Shown: piece by piece, positions 55,629 through 64,000 of the stretch
How the letters are laid out: each line of letters opens with the position of its first letter
Position numbering within the stretch: the stretch's first letter is position 1
From: Candidatus Hydrogenedentota bacterium
Lineage (GTDB): Bacteria; Hydrogenedentota; Hydrogenedentia; Hydrogenedentales; JAEUWI01
Direction: 5' to 3'
Assembly: GCA_034669905.1 (NCBI GenBank)
Contig: JAXMOL010000025.1
Location: forward strand, 40,775 to 104,774
Length of the DNA stretch: 64,000 nucleotides
Translations under genes and position numbers: made by a program
Notes under the pieces: model-generated
Databases searched by the model: none
Told to the model about the DNA's origin: nothing
What the model saw: the letters and a program-made list of their open reading frames with translations, nothing else

Positions 55629-56579
55629 ATGGACAGTAACCCTTTTGACCATGATACTCAGGACCCCGCCTCGGGTGGTTTCGATGCCACGATCAATGTG
55701 GACGCGGCCGCCTTTGCACCGCCAGCGGCCAATGCGGCCCGTGCGAGCCTGATAGTGCTCGCGGGGTGGGAGATCGGCAAGGAAATTGAAATCGCGTCCC
55801 CCTCGGTCATTCTTGGCCGTGCCGTCGACTCGGACGTCACCGTCCACGCCCCGTCGGTCTCCCGTCAACATGCCCAAATCGAGTTTGTGGACACCGAGGA
55901 AGAGCAGTTTTTCCGGGTCACGGATTTGGGCAGCAGCAATGGCACCCTCGTCAATAACGTACGTACCCCCACGACCCGCCTCCAAAACGGGGACAAGATA
56001 AAGCTGGGGGATGTTCTCTTCAAGTTTGTCCTGCAAGATGAAATCGATTCTCAGTTTCACCAGGAAGTCCACCGCCTGATTCACTACGATCAGTTGACGG
56101 GCCTCCTCACGATGGAAGCTTTTCGCGAGCGCCTGGTGGCCGCGATTCGCCAGGCGTCGCCCACGAAACCCTTTGCGCTGGCCATGACAGACCTGGACGG
56201 ACTCAAGGCAGTCAACGATTCCCACGGCCATCTCGCCGGACGGATGGTGGTCGGCACCATGGGCAAGATCCTGCGGGAATCGGTCCGCCCTACCGATCTG
56301 GCCGGCCTCTATGGTGGCGACGAGGCGATCATCCTTTTTCCCGGCAGCACGCTGGCGGAAGCGGCCGAGGTCGCGGAAAAGATCCGTACGGCCATTGCGG
56401 AGCACCTCTTTGACCACCATGGCACCGCGATTCGGGTAACCATCAGTCAGGGCATTTCCGAGTTTCCACGGCACGGCACCACGCCCGAAGAGGTGATCGC
56501 TGCGGCAGACCGGGCCCTCTATGCGGCCAAGTCTGCGGGCCGAAATTGTGTGCACCTGGCCGCCACTCCGGAGCACTGA
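55629..56579 (+). CDS. FHA-GGDEF protein with non-canonical base-specificity residues
   Basis: FHA ILGR...SVSRQHA...DLGSSNGT; DQLTG; DLDGLKAVNDSHGHLAGR; RPTD; LYGGDEA; ADRALYAAK..GRN. Confidence 0.9.
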   Translation: MDSNPFDHDTQDPASGGFDATINVDAAAFAPPAANAARASLIVLAGWEIGKEIEIASPSVILGRAVDSDVTVHAPSVSRQHAQIEFVDTEEEQFFRVTDLGSSNGTLVNNVRTPTTRLQNGDKIKLGDVLFKFVLQDEIDSQFHQEVHRLIHYDQLTGLLTMEAFRERLVAAIRQASPTKPFALAMTDLDGLKAVNDSHGHLAGRMVVGTMGKILRESVRPTDLAGLYGGDEAIILFPGSTLAEAAEVAEKIRTAIAEHLFDHHGTAIRVTISQGISEFPRHGTTPEEVIAAADRALYAAKSAGRNCVHLAATPEH

Positions 56580-56588
56580 GTAATTCAT

Positions 56589-57404
56589 ATGGCTGTACCA
56601 CCGCTTCCCACGATCACCATCACCACCGACTTCGGCAACAAAGACCCCTGGGTCGCGGCGATGAAAGGGGTTATCTGTTCCATTGCCCCCGATGCCCCGC
56701 TGGCCGATCTCAGCCACGACATCACCCCGCAAAATGTTCTTGAGGGTTCCCTCTTCCTGGCTGCAGCCGTGCCCTATTTTCCTGCGGGCACAATCCACCT
56801 CGTCGTGGTCGATCCCGGCGTGGGCACCAGCCGCAAGCCCATCGTGGCCCAATGTGCTGGTCAATACATTGTCTGTCCCGACAATGGCATCCTGACCGTG
56901 CTGGAGCAAAACCACCCCATTGAGGCGGTCCATCACATCAAGAACAAAAAATATCGGTTACCGGCCTGTAGCGCTACGTTTCACGGGCGCGACATTTTCG
57001 CACCGGCCGCGGCCCACCTGGCCCTCGGCAGAAAAATAAGCAGCTTTGGTCCCGCGCTGAAATCCCATCATCGCATCGCTGTACCAAAAGCCACGCTGGA
57101 TGCAGACAACCAACTGCACGGCGAAGTAATCCACGTCGATCACTTTGGCAATTGTATCACCAACATCAGTGAAGCCATGCTCGACGACCACGGTGACTAT
57201 CGGGTGCAGGTGGCGGCCCAAACCTTGAGCCCCATCCACCGGACCTATGCGGATGTCCCACCGGGCACCCCCCTCGCCCTCTTCGGCAGCACGGGCAACC
57301 TGGAAATCGCGGCATCCATGAGCAACGCGGCAGAGAGCCTCGACCTGCGCCAGGGTGCACCGGTCACCCTCTTTCGACCCAACGTTACGGAGAAGGGAAA
57401 ATGA
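56589..57404 (+). CDS. DUF62 SAM hydroxide adenosyltransferase (chlorinase/fluorinase superfamily)
   Basis: TTDFG..DP; VVDPGVG; PDNG; ATFHGRDIFAP; HVDHFGN.ITN. Confidence 0.92.
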   Translation: MAVPPLPTITITTDFGNKDPWVAAMKGVICSIAPDAPLADLSHDITPQNVLEGSLFLAAAVPYFPAGTIHLVVVDPGVGTSRKPIVAQCAGQYIVCPDNGILTVLEQNHPIEAVHHIKNKKYRLPACSATFHGRDIFAPAAAHLALGRKISSFGPALKSHHRIAVPKATLDADNQLHGEVIHVDHFGNCITNISEAMLDDHGDYRVQVAAQTLSPIHRTYADVPPGTPLALFGSTGNLEIAASMSNAAESLDLRQGAPVTLFRPNVTEKGK

Positions 57405-58105
57405 AAGTTATTGTGACCGGGGCCAGCCATGGCATCGGCCAGGGCATCGTAACCCGACTGGCCGCGCAGGGCTGCACGGTGGGCATGCTCGCACGAAGTG
57501 AAGAGCCCTTGCGTTCGTTGCAGGAACGTCACTCCACGACCAATGCCTTTCACCCCTTCGTCTGTGCCGATGTGCAGGACCCGATTGCCACCGAGAACGC
57601 CATTGCCGGGCTCATTGCGGAAATGCAGGGAGTTGATGCCCTGATTAACAATGCCGGGCTGGTGATTCGAAAGGATATCTTTTCTCTTTCGCTGGACGAA
57701 TGGCATGCCATGGTGAACACCAATATAAACGGGCTCTTTTACGCGACGCGGTCCGTTCTCGGGCCCATGAAAGCGCAGGGTTCCGGCCACATCATTAATG
57801 TTTCCTCCATTTCGGGAAAGTTCCCTCTGCCCGGCGGCAGCGCCTATGCGGCCACAAAGTTCGCCTGCACCGGATTTTCCCAATCGCTTTTTCAGGAAGT
57901 GCGCGACTACGGCATCAAGGTAACCACGGTGTTTCCCGGCTCGGTAGACTCTCAGTCTCACCGTCATGAGGGGGATGCCGATACAAGCTGGAAGGTTACG
58001 CCGGAAGAAGTGGGTCAGGCCTGCTGGGACGTGCTCAATACCCGGCCGGGGAACTGCGTCAGTGAAGTGGAAATACGCCCCCTGGCGCGACCACCCAGGT
58101 CATGA
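57401..58105 (+). CDS. short-chain dehydrogenase/reductase
   Basis: TGASHGIG; NNAG; YAATK; ATGA overlaps on both sides. Confidence 0.92.
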   Translation: MKVIVTGASHGIGQGIVTRLAAQGCTVGMLARSEEPLRSLQERHSTTNAFHPFVCADVQDPIATENAIAGLIAEMQGVDALINNAGLVIRKDIFSLSLDEWHAMVNTNINGLFYATRSVLGPMKAQGSGHIINVSSISGKFPLPGGSAYAATKFACTGFSQSLFQEVRDYGIKVTTVFPGSVDSQSHRHEGDADTSWKVTPEEVGQACWDVLNTRPGNCVSEVEIRPLARPPRS

Positions 58106-58956
58106 ATACGGCCCCCTGGATTGCAGACCGCCTCCGACTGGGCACCTGCAGTTGGACCGCGAAGGGCTGGGAGAAAGCCTTTTATCCCAAGGGTACCAAG
58201 CGCACCGATTTCATCCGGGTTTACGCCGAGCGCTTCTCTTCGGTCGAAGTGGATGCCAGTTTTTACGGCGTACCCCGCGACAGCACCCTGGACACGTGGC
58301 GGGAGGAAACGGCACCGGGCTTTGTTTTTTCGGCCAAGGCCCCCCGGGAGATTACCCACGATCGCTTCCTCCTGGGCTGCGAACGTCCGCTGGCATCTTT
58401 CTTGAAATCTATGGACCGCCTGGACGAGAAACGGGGCCCCCTCCTCTTTCAGTTTCCCTATTTCGCGAAACGGAAACAGGTCACGCTCACCGATTTTCTG
58501 GGGCGCCTCAAGCCCTTCCTCGATCTATTGCCCCGGGAGAGCGGCCATCAGTTTGCGCTGGAGGTCCGCAATAAGACGTGGGTCTCTGCGCCATTGCTTG
58601 AGATGCTCGCCCACCATGAAGTCGCCCTGGCCCTCATCGACCATCCCTGGATGAGTCGCCCCAAGCAGCTGTTCAATACGCCGGAGATTGTTACCGCGCC
58701 CTTTCTCTACGTCCGCTGGCTGGGTGACCGGCACGGGATTGAAGAGATTACCCAGGTCTGGAATGAAAGTGTCGTGGACCGTGCGGCTGATTTAGATGGG
58801 TGGGTGCCCGGCTTGCAACAGGCACTGGACGCCCAGCTACAGGTCTATGGCTACGTCAACAATCACTATGGGGGCTATGCGCCCAATGACGTGGCCCATC
58901 TCGAAGAGATGCTGACCCCCTATTTGCCCCGCCGTTCGCGAGCGGCCGCTCCCTGA
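58102..58956 (+). CDS. DUF72 TIM-barrel protein
   Basis: LGTCSW...W..AFYP; VEVDASFY; KAPREITH; LFQFP; LEVRN; YVNNHY. Confidence 0.92.
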   Translation: MNTAPWIADRLRLGTCSWTAKGWEKAFYPKGTKRTDFIRVYAERFSSVEVDASFYGVPRDSTLDTWREETAPGFVFSAKAPREITHDRFLLGCERPLASFLKSMDRLDEKRGPLLFQFPYFAKRKQVTLTDFLGRLKPFLDLLPRESGHQFALEVRNKTWVSAPLLEMLAHHEVALALIDHPWMSRPKQLFNTPEIVTAPFLYVRWLGDRHGIEEITQVWNESVVDRAADLDGWVPGLQQALDAQLQVYGYVNNHYGGYAPNDVAHLEEMLTPYLPRRSRAAAP

Positions 58957-59154
58957 TCGCCGAATACACAGCTCAAATGCGCATTTTAAATGTCTTAACA
59001 GTACCATACCTGTTAAGATAGGGGGGCCTTTTCGAAACGGCCCCCTCTGCCGGGGCGTTTTCGCAGGGCGGTGGTGGAAATCAGCGTCGGCAATTCCCTT
59101 CGCACGGGGGAAGTGCGATGTGAAGTGCAGGCGCCCAATTGGGAGAACGTATAT

Positions 59155-60531
59155 ATGGACCCACTCGGCAGCCTCAATAACCCCCTCCGTGTCGCCATTA
59201 TTGGCAGCGGACCCAGTGGATTTTATGCGGCCGATCCGCTGCTCAAATCCACCGAACCGCTTTGCACCGTAGACATGTTCGATCGCCTGCCCACGCCCTT
59301 CGGCCTGGTGCGCGGTGGCGTGGCGCCAGACCATCCGAAAATTCGGAATGTCACGAAGGTCTACGAAAGAATTGCGGCCCGGGAACGATTTCGATTCTTT
59401 GGAAACGTGACCATCGGCAGTGATCTCAGCCTCTCAGATCTGCGTCAATGCTACGATGCCATTCTGTTTGCCAGTGGCACCGAAACCGACCGTCACCTCA
59501 ATATCCCCGGCGAAGACTTGCTTGGCAGCTACACTGCCACATCTTTCGTGGGTTGGTACAATGGGCATCCCGACTATAGGGACCACACTTTTAACCTGCA
59601 GCAGGAAGTCGCGGTGGTCATTGGCATGGGCAACGTGGCCATGGATGTGGCCCGCATACTTGCCAAGACAGCCGATGAGCTGAAGACCACGGACATTGCC
59701 CAACATGCACTGGAAGCGCTCGCCGAAAGCCGCATCCGGGAAATCCACATTGTGGGCCGACGGGGTGTCACCCAGGCGGCCTGCACGCCCCTCGAACTGA
59801 AGGAAATGAGCGAGCTCGCCGATTGTCAGCCCCGGGTTAACCCGGAAGATCTCGAGCTCACGCCCCTTTCCCAGGAAGAGCTGGAAGACCGCAATCGTAA
59901 TCGTAACGTAGCGCTGTTGACCGAATACGCAGCGGCGCCCCCGCGCGACACCCGGCGCACCATGCATTTTCATTTCCTGCGCAGCCCCATCGATATCAAG
60001 GGCGATGGCCACGTGGAATCTATCGTGCTCGCCAAGAACAAGCTGGTGGGCACCGAAGCCTTTCAGCAGTGGGCCGAGCCGACCGGGGAAACCCTGGAGC
60101 TGCCCTGTGATCTGGTCTTTCGCAGCATCGGGTACCGGGGCATTCCCATTCCGGGCGTACCTTTTGAGGAACGCAAAGGCATTATCCCCAATGACAAGGG
60201 GCGGGTGCAGGAAAACGGTGCGGTCGTACCGGGACTCTATGCCGCCGGCTGGATCAAGCGCGGCCCCTCGGGCATCATTGGCACCAACAAGCCGGACAGC
60301 CACGAAACGGCCGACTGCCTGTTGGAAGATGCCGCCTCGCTGAGCCCCTGCCCCAACCGGGATGGAGAAGCCATCGTCCGCCTCTTGGAAGAAAAGAGTA
60401 TTCGCTTCGTATCGCTGGCCGACTGGCACCAGATAGATGCGGCGGAAATCGCGCGCGGTAACGTGGTGGGCAAGCCCCGGGAACGTTTCACCCGCATTGA
60501 TGAGATGTTACAGGTATTGCAGAACGCCTGA
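59155..60531 (+). CDS. NADPH:ferredoxin reductase (FprA / adrenodoxin-reductase-like)
   Basis: IIGSGPSGFY; PFGLVRGGVAPDHP; FVGWYNGHPD; GNVAMDVAR; GWIKRGPSG.IGTNK. Confidence 0.92.
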   Translation: MDPLGSLNNPLRVAIIGSGPSGFYAADPLLKSTEPLCTVDMFDRLPTPFGLVRGGVAPDHPKIRNVTKVYERIAARERFRFFGNVTIGSDLSLSDLRQCYDAILFASGTETDRHLNIPGEDLLGSYTATSFVGWYNGHPDYRDHTFNLQQEVAVVIGMGNVAMDVARILAKTADELKTTDIAQHALEALAESRIREIHIVGRRGVTQAACTPLELKEMSELADCQPRVNPEDLELTPLSQEELEDRNRNRNVALLTEYAAAPPRDTRRTMHFHFLRSPIDIKGDGHVESIVLAKNKLVGTEAFQQWAEPTGETLELPCDLVFRSIGYRGIPIPGVPFEERKGIIPNDKGRVQENGAVVPGLYAAGWIKRGPSGIIGTNKPDSHETADCLLEDAASLSPCPNRDGEAIVRLLEEKSIRFVSLADWHQIDAAEIARGNVVGKPRERFTRIDEMLQVLQNA

Positions 60532-60538
60532 ATACAGC

Positions 60539-60572
60539 ACGGGCCCCGATGAATCATCGGGGCCCGTTTTTT
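60539..60572 (+). terminator. intrinsic terminator between convergent genes
   Basis: acgggccccgatg-aat-catcggggcccgt followed by ttttt. Confidence 0.85.
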
Positions 60573-60574
60573 GT

Positions 60575-60997
60575 CTATTGAAGTTGGTAGAGCATGACGT
60601 AAATGAGGACACCCGTCACGCTCACATACATCCATACCGGCCATATCCAGCGCACGATTTTCACGTGCGTATCAAACTGTTGGCGCAAGGCGAACCATAC
60701 CGCCGCCAGGATGAAGGGCACCATCACCACCGCCAGGGGCACGTGGGTCGCCAGAATCGTGTAGTACACGTAGCGAAGCACGCCCGGACGTTCAAATTTG
60801 GTCATGGCGCCGGCGTTGTAGTGGTAGTAGAGGTAGCACGACAGAAAGACGGCCGAGCACACGAGGGCAGCGACCATGAATTTCTTGTGCAATTCCGGCT
60901 TCTGCTTCTTCTTAATGGCCCACCAGCCACCGAAGAGCATCAGGGCCGCGAGGCCGTTCAGACAGGCATTGATGGCAGGCAGATTTTCTACGGCCAT
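60575..60997 (-). CDS. DUF420 membrane protein (cytochrome oxidase assembly associated)
   Basis: LPAINACLN; HKKFM; HVPLA; HVKIVRW.WPVWMYVSVTG. Confidence 0.9.
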   Translation of the reverse strand: MAVENLPAINACLNGLAALMLFGGWWAIKKKQKPELHKKFMVAALVCSAVFLSCYLYYHYNAGAMTKFERPGVLRYVYYTILATHVPLAVVMVPFILAAVWFALRQQFDTHVKIVRWIWPVWMYVSVTGVLIYVMLYQLQ

Positions 60998-61003
60998 GGG
61001 GTA

Positions 61004-61606
61004 CTACTCCTTTATCAATTGGTGGACCGCTGCGACGAGCTCATTCAGTTCGGCCTCGTCTGTGCCCGTGTAATAGCCTCGAATCTGGCCTGACTTATCG
61101 ACCAGGCAAAATTTCGTACTGTGAATGACCGGGTCATCTACGCTACCGATCTTGAAGCCCTCCACAGCGAGGGTCTGAATCGCGTCCATGCTGCCCGTCA
61201 GGAAATGCCAGCGGGTGGGGTCCGCACCAAACTTTTCGCCATAGGCCGACAGCACCTCCGGCGTATCCGTCTCCGGATCGACCGATACGGAGACGAATTG
61301 CACCTCGGGGTAGAGCGCAAGTCGCTCTGCTACCCCGGCCATCCTCCGGGTCATGACGGGACAGGGCCCGGCACAGGAGGTGAAGATGAAGTCGGCGATC
61401 CAGACCTTCCCTTTCAAGTCTTCCTTCGAGAGGGGCGCATTCTTATCACTCGTCAGGGAGAATTCCGGCAAGGGATAGAGCACGGGCAACTCGTCGGTTT
61501 CCGTCGGTACGTCTGCGACGCCATTGAGCACGAACAGCCCCATGAGGCTGACATTAAGCAGCACGAAAAAGATGATTCCGGTTATAAAGAGGGCCTTGAA
61601 ACTCAT
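61004..61606 (-). CDS. SCO1/SenC copper chaperone
   Basis: FIFTSCAGPCP; SVDPETD; HSTKF.LVD..GQIRGYY. Confidence 0.93.
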   Translation of the reverse strand: MSFKALFITGIIFFVLLNVSLMGLFVLNGVADVPTETDELPVLYPLPEFSLTSDKNAPLSKEDLKGKVWIADFIFTSCAGPCPVMTRRMAGVAERLALYPEVQFVSVSVDPETDTPEVLSAYGEKFGADPTRWHFLTGSMDAIQTLAVEGFKIGSVDDPVIHSTKFCLVDKSGQIRGYYTGTDEAELNELVAAVHQLIKE

Positions 61607-61656
61607 ACGATTGCCTCCGAAATGTCACGGGGAATACCGTGCGTGGTTGGCGCGGC

Positions 61657-62535
61657 TCAATAGAAATACGCATCCACCACAATAAAAACCAACAAAAACA
61701 CCCAGTAAAACAAGGAGTATAGAAATACGGCCTTGGCCGCTTTTACCGTCTTATTCAGACGCCAGCGAACACAAACCAACACAAACAACACCCCAAGAAC
61801 CAGGGCGCCCCAGAAGTAGATTAAGCCCGAGGTCTTCACGAAGGTGGGCCACAAACTCACCGGCACCAGCAAGATGGCCGTCGCCAGACTGTGACGAAAG
61901 GTGCTCTTTCCGTCGGGGTCCACCACGGGCAACATCTTGAAGCCCCCCTTCTCATAATCATCCCGATACATCCAGGCCAAGGCGTAGAAGTGGGGATGCT
62001 GCCAGAGAAAGAGAATCAGGAAGAGGACCAGGGCGCCCGTGTCGATCCGCCCGGTGGCGGCCGCCCATCCGATGACCGGTGGGATGGCGCCCGGGATGGC
62101 ACCCACGGGAGTATTCACCCAGGAATATCGCTTCAGGGGGGTATAGACAAAGACATAGAGCGCCGCGGTTAGAAAGACCAGCATGGCCGTCAGGGGATTG
62201 ACCGTGACCCACAATTGCACGGTGCCCACGACCGTCAAGACGGGCCCGAGAAGAAGGGCAGCCCGGGGACTCACCAGACCCGATGGAATCGGTCGGTTTT
62301 TGGTCCGGTCCATCAGGGCGTCGGCGTCCCGCTCGAAATAGTGGTTCAATACGAAGGCCCCGGCCGAACCCAGGGAGGTACCGAGGAGGGTCCACAGGAG
62401 CAGGCCCCAACGGGTTACCCCTTCCCCGCCCAGGGCGAAACCGATGACCGTGGTAACCAATACGAGCCGGATAATTCCGGGCTTGGTCAATTCCAGATAG
62501 GCAGCTACTTTCGTTTTGGCTTGCGCACGTGCCAT
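61657..62535 (-). CDS. ctaB: protoheme IX farnesyltransferase (heme O synthase)
   Basis: ELTKPGI; ERDADALMDRTKNRP; YTPLKR; GAIPP; WQHPHF; YRDDY. Confidence 0.93.
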   Translation of the reverse strand: MARAQAKTKVAAYLELTKPGIIRLVLVTTVIGFALGGEGVTRWGLLLWTLLGTSLGSAGAFVLNHYFERDADALMDRTKNRPIPSGLVSPRAALLLGPVLTVVGTVQLWVTVNPLTAMLVFLTAALYVFVYTPLKRYSWVNTPVGAIPGAIPPVIGWAAATGRIDTGALVLFLILFLWQHPHFYALAWMYRDDYEKGGFKMLPVVDPDGKSTFRHSLATAILLVPVSLWPTFVKTSGLIYFWGALVLGVLFVLVCVRWRLNKTVKAAKAVFLYSLFYWVFLLVFIVVDAYFY

Positions 62536-62539
62536 AACG

Positions 62540-63631
62540 TCAGGAGAGCGCCGCGTCGAGGGAGCCCTGGGGCTGCTGCTCATTGGCGGTCTGGGAAGCT
62601 TCGGCAGGAGACAAAGGCCAGGCCCGGAGTGCAAGCAGCGTGCTCAGTCCCAGGACGGCGGCACCGGTCACCACGTGAAAGCTCGTTACGTAGGGGTGCT
62701 TGGTTGTCCAGATGGTGAAGGCACCGAGCATAATCTGCACCGACACCAACAGACACAAGCCGATCATCGTCCGCCAAAGCTCCGGATGACTGAGCCGACG
62801 GCGGTAGGCAGCCACGGCGAGCCCAATTATCAGCAGGGTGACCACGATCGCCCCGCCGCGGTGGGCCAGATGAATGGCTACCTGACCGAGGCTCACATCG
62901 GGTAATTGCGCCCCGAGGCTATCGGTATGTTCAAATCGCCAGTCATTGATCCACGTCAATTCCTCTTCGCCTACCAGGGGAAGCACGTTACCTGCGGTCG
63001 TGGGGAAATCCGGAACGGCCAATCCTGACTCGGTATGGCGCATGAGGGCACCAAGGAACAGTTGCACATATACCACGCCAATCAGACACAAGGCGCCCAC
63101 TTTCAGGGCGGTGGCCGTTTCCGGCGCACCGAGTCGGACGCGTTCTACCCGCCGGGAACGTTCCCGGGAGAGGCCGTAGCAAATAATGATGGTAATCAGG
63201 AGAAAGGTCTGGGCCAGGATGGCATGGGCACTCGAAACGAGTACCGGCAGGTGGAAGATGACCGTCATGCCGCCCAAAACAGCCTGCAGCAGCACGGCAA
63301 ACACCGCCCCCACGCCCAGCAACACCATCCAGACACGGGGCTCTTTCCAATAGAGCAGTCCCGCCAACACCACGGTCAGCAGCGCCACGCCCCCGGCAAA
63401 GAGACGGTGGAAATGCTCATGAAAGATGCCGCCCGTCCACTTGGAAATCCCGAAGGTGATGGGGTTTTCGTTATAGGTCAGGGGCCAGTCGGGCACCGAA
63501 AGGCCCGCCTCATGGCTCTTCACCTGTCCCCCGAGGAAGATGAGGCACAGGGTAGCAAAACACAGAAAAAGGGCCGTATAGCGCAGCCAATTGGGCGTCG
63601 CGGAAGGGTGCGTATTCGTCGCGCCAGACAT
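62540..63631 (-). CDS. ctaA: heme A synthase (COX15/CtaA)
   Basis: EHFHR; QAVLGG.TV; SAHA; HLAHR; FHV; adjacent to ctaB. Confidence 0.88.
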   Translation of the reverse strand: MSGATNTHPSATPNWLRYTALFLCFATLCLIFLGGQVKSHEAGLSVPDWPLTYNENPITFGISKWTGGIFHEHFHRLFAGGVALLTVVLAGLLYWKEPRVWMVLLGVGAVFAVLLQAVLGGMTVIFHLPVLVSSAHAILAQTFLLITIIICYGLSRERSRRVERVRLGAPETATALKVGALCLIGVVYVQLFLGALMRHTESGLAVPDFPTTAGNVLPLVGEEELTWINDWRFEHTDSLGAQLPDVSLGQVAIHLAHRGGAIVVTLLIIGLAVAAYRRRLSHPELWRTMIGLCLLVSVQIMLGAFTIWTTKHPYVTSFHVVTGAAVLGLSTLLALRAWPLSPAEASQTANEQQPQGSLDAALS

Positions 63632-63886
63632 TCTACAAATACCTTGTAAGTGGGTCATGGGTCACGCGGTGGCAAGATAGAGAGAAGCCACGCAGATCAG
63701 GCGGCCGCGCCGCCTGTGCCATCTCAAGAAAGGAAGCAGATGGCAAGAACCCCTATCATAGCGCGATGGAGGCGGGCGGTGCAATCTGAGGGCGGGTAAA
63801 AAGCCACGTAGGGAATCTATTGACAGGGAGTGAAGAACGCTCACGCACCCCAAAGCGTCGTCTGGATTTTCACGAAATGCCCTCTC

Positions 63887-63934
63887 TGGCGTGTGGCAGC
63901 TTGCTGCTACCTTCAATCGGGGAGCTTGCTCCCC
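63887..63934. repeat. degenerate TGGAG-type REP
   Basis: tggcgtgtggcagcttgctgc...ggggagcttgctcccc. Confidence 0.55.
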
Positions 63935-64000
63935 GGCGTTCGGAAGACCATGGTGCGCCAACAGCACCGGATATTCACCGACGCAAGCCTCCCTAAGAGA

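Noticed and set aside
56589..57404. Fluorinase/chlorinase halogenase
   Set aside because: It has the HGRD motif typical of DUF62 hydroxide adenosyltransferases, and there is no halometabolite cluster context.
1..64000. tRNA, rRNA, prophage or known anti-phage defence genes
   Set aside because: No cloverleaf or rRNA signatures, and no phage, integrase or defence motifs were recognised by eye. tRNAscan, Rfam and DefenseFinder runs would be needed to be certain.

Overview
GC-rich bacterial chromosomal window. A Candidatus Hydrogenedentota-like source is inferred from the (GE)12 linker plus Cys/TM C-terminal anchor and Planctomycete-type REP repeats. It holds about 48 genes. (1) Secreted or surface proteins: a bacterial CLCA-like metalloprotease-VWA protein, Asp-box and Kelch propellers, a heparinase II/III-like lyase, a penicillin acylase and two exported nucleoside-hydrolase-like proteins that share a LacI operator. 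(2) A LysR/TetR-controlled oxidoreductase-dehalogenase island with three NemR-like boxes. (3) A partial ebo cluster (eboE, eboC, eboF). (4) A REP-associated HUH tyrosine transposase (RAYT) flanked by its cognate ~200-bp three-arm REP element. That element occurs at six loci, always in the same orientation, and sits at the breakpoint of one truncated SDR gene. Several other REP/MITE families are also present. (5) Housekeeping blocks acpP-fabF-rnc-hppA and ctaA-ctaB-SCO-DUF420. (6) An operon led by an FHA-GGDEF protein whose base-specificity residues are altered (Asp->Arg, Arg->Leu). No rRNA, tRNA or CRISPR array was seen. The best novelty candidates are the altered-specificity FHA-GGDEF cyclase and its operon, the RAYT/three-arm REP system, a CX5R phosphatase-fold/cytochrome c' fusion, the full-length CLCA-like surface protein and a membrane PPase with two gate glutamates. 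All family calls come from motif recognition by eye; no searches were run.
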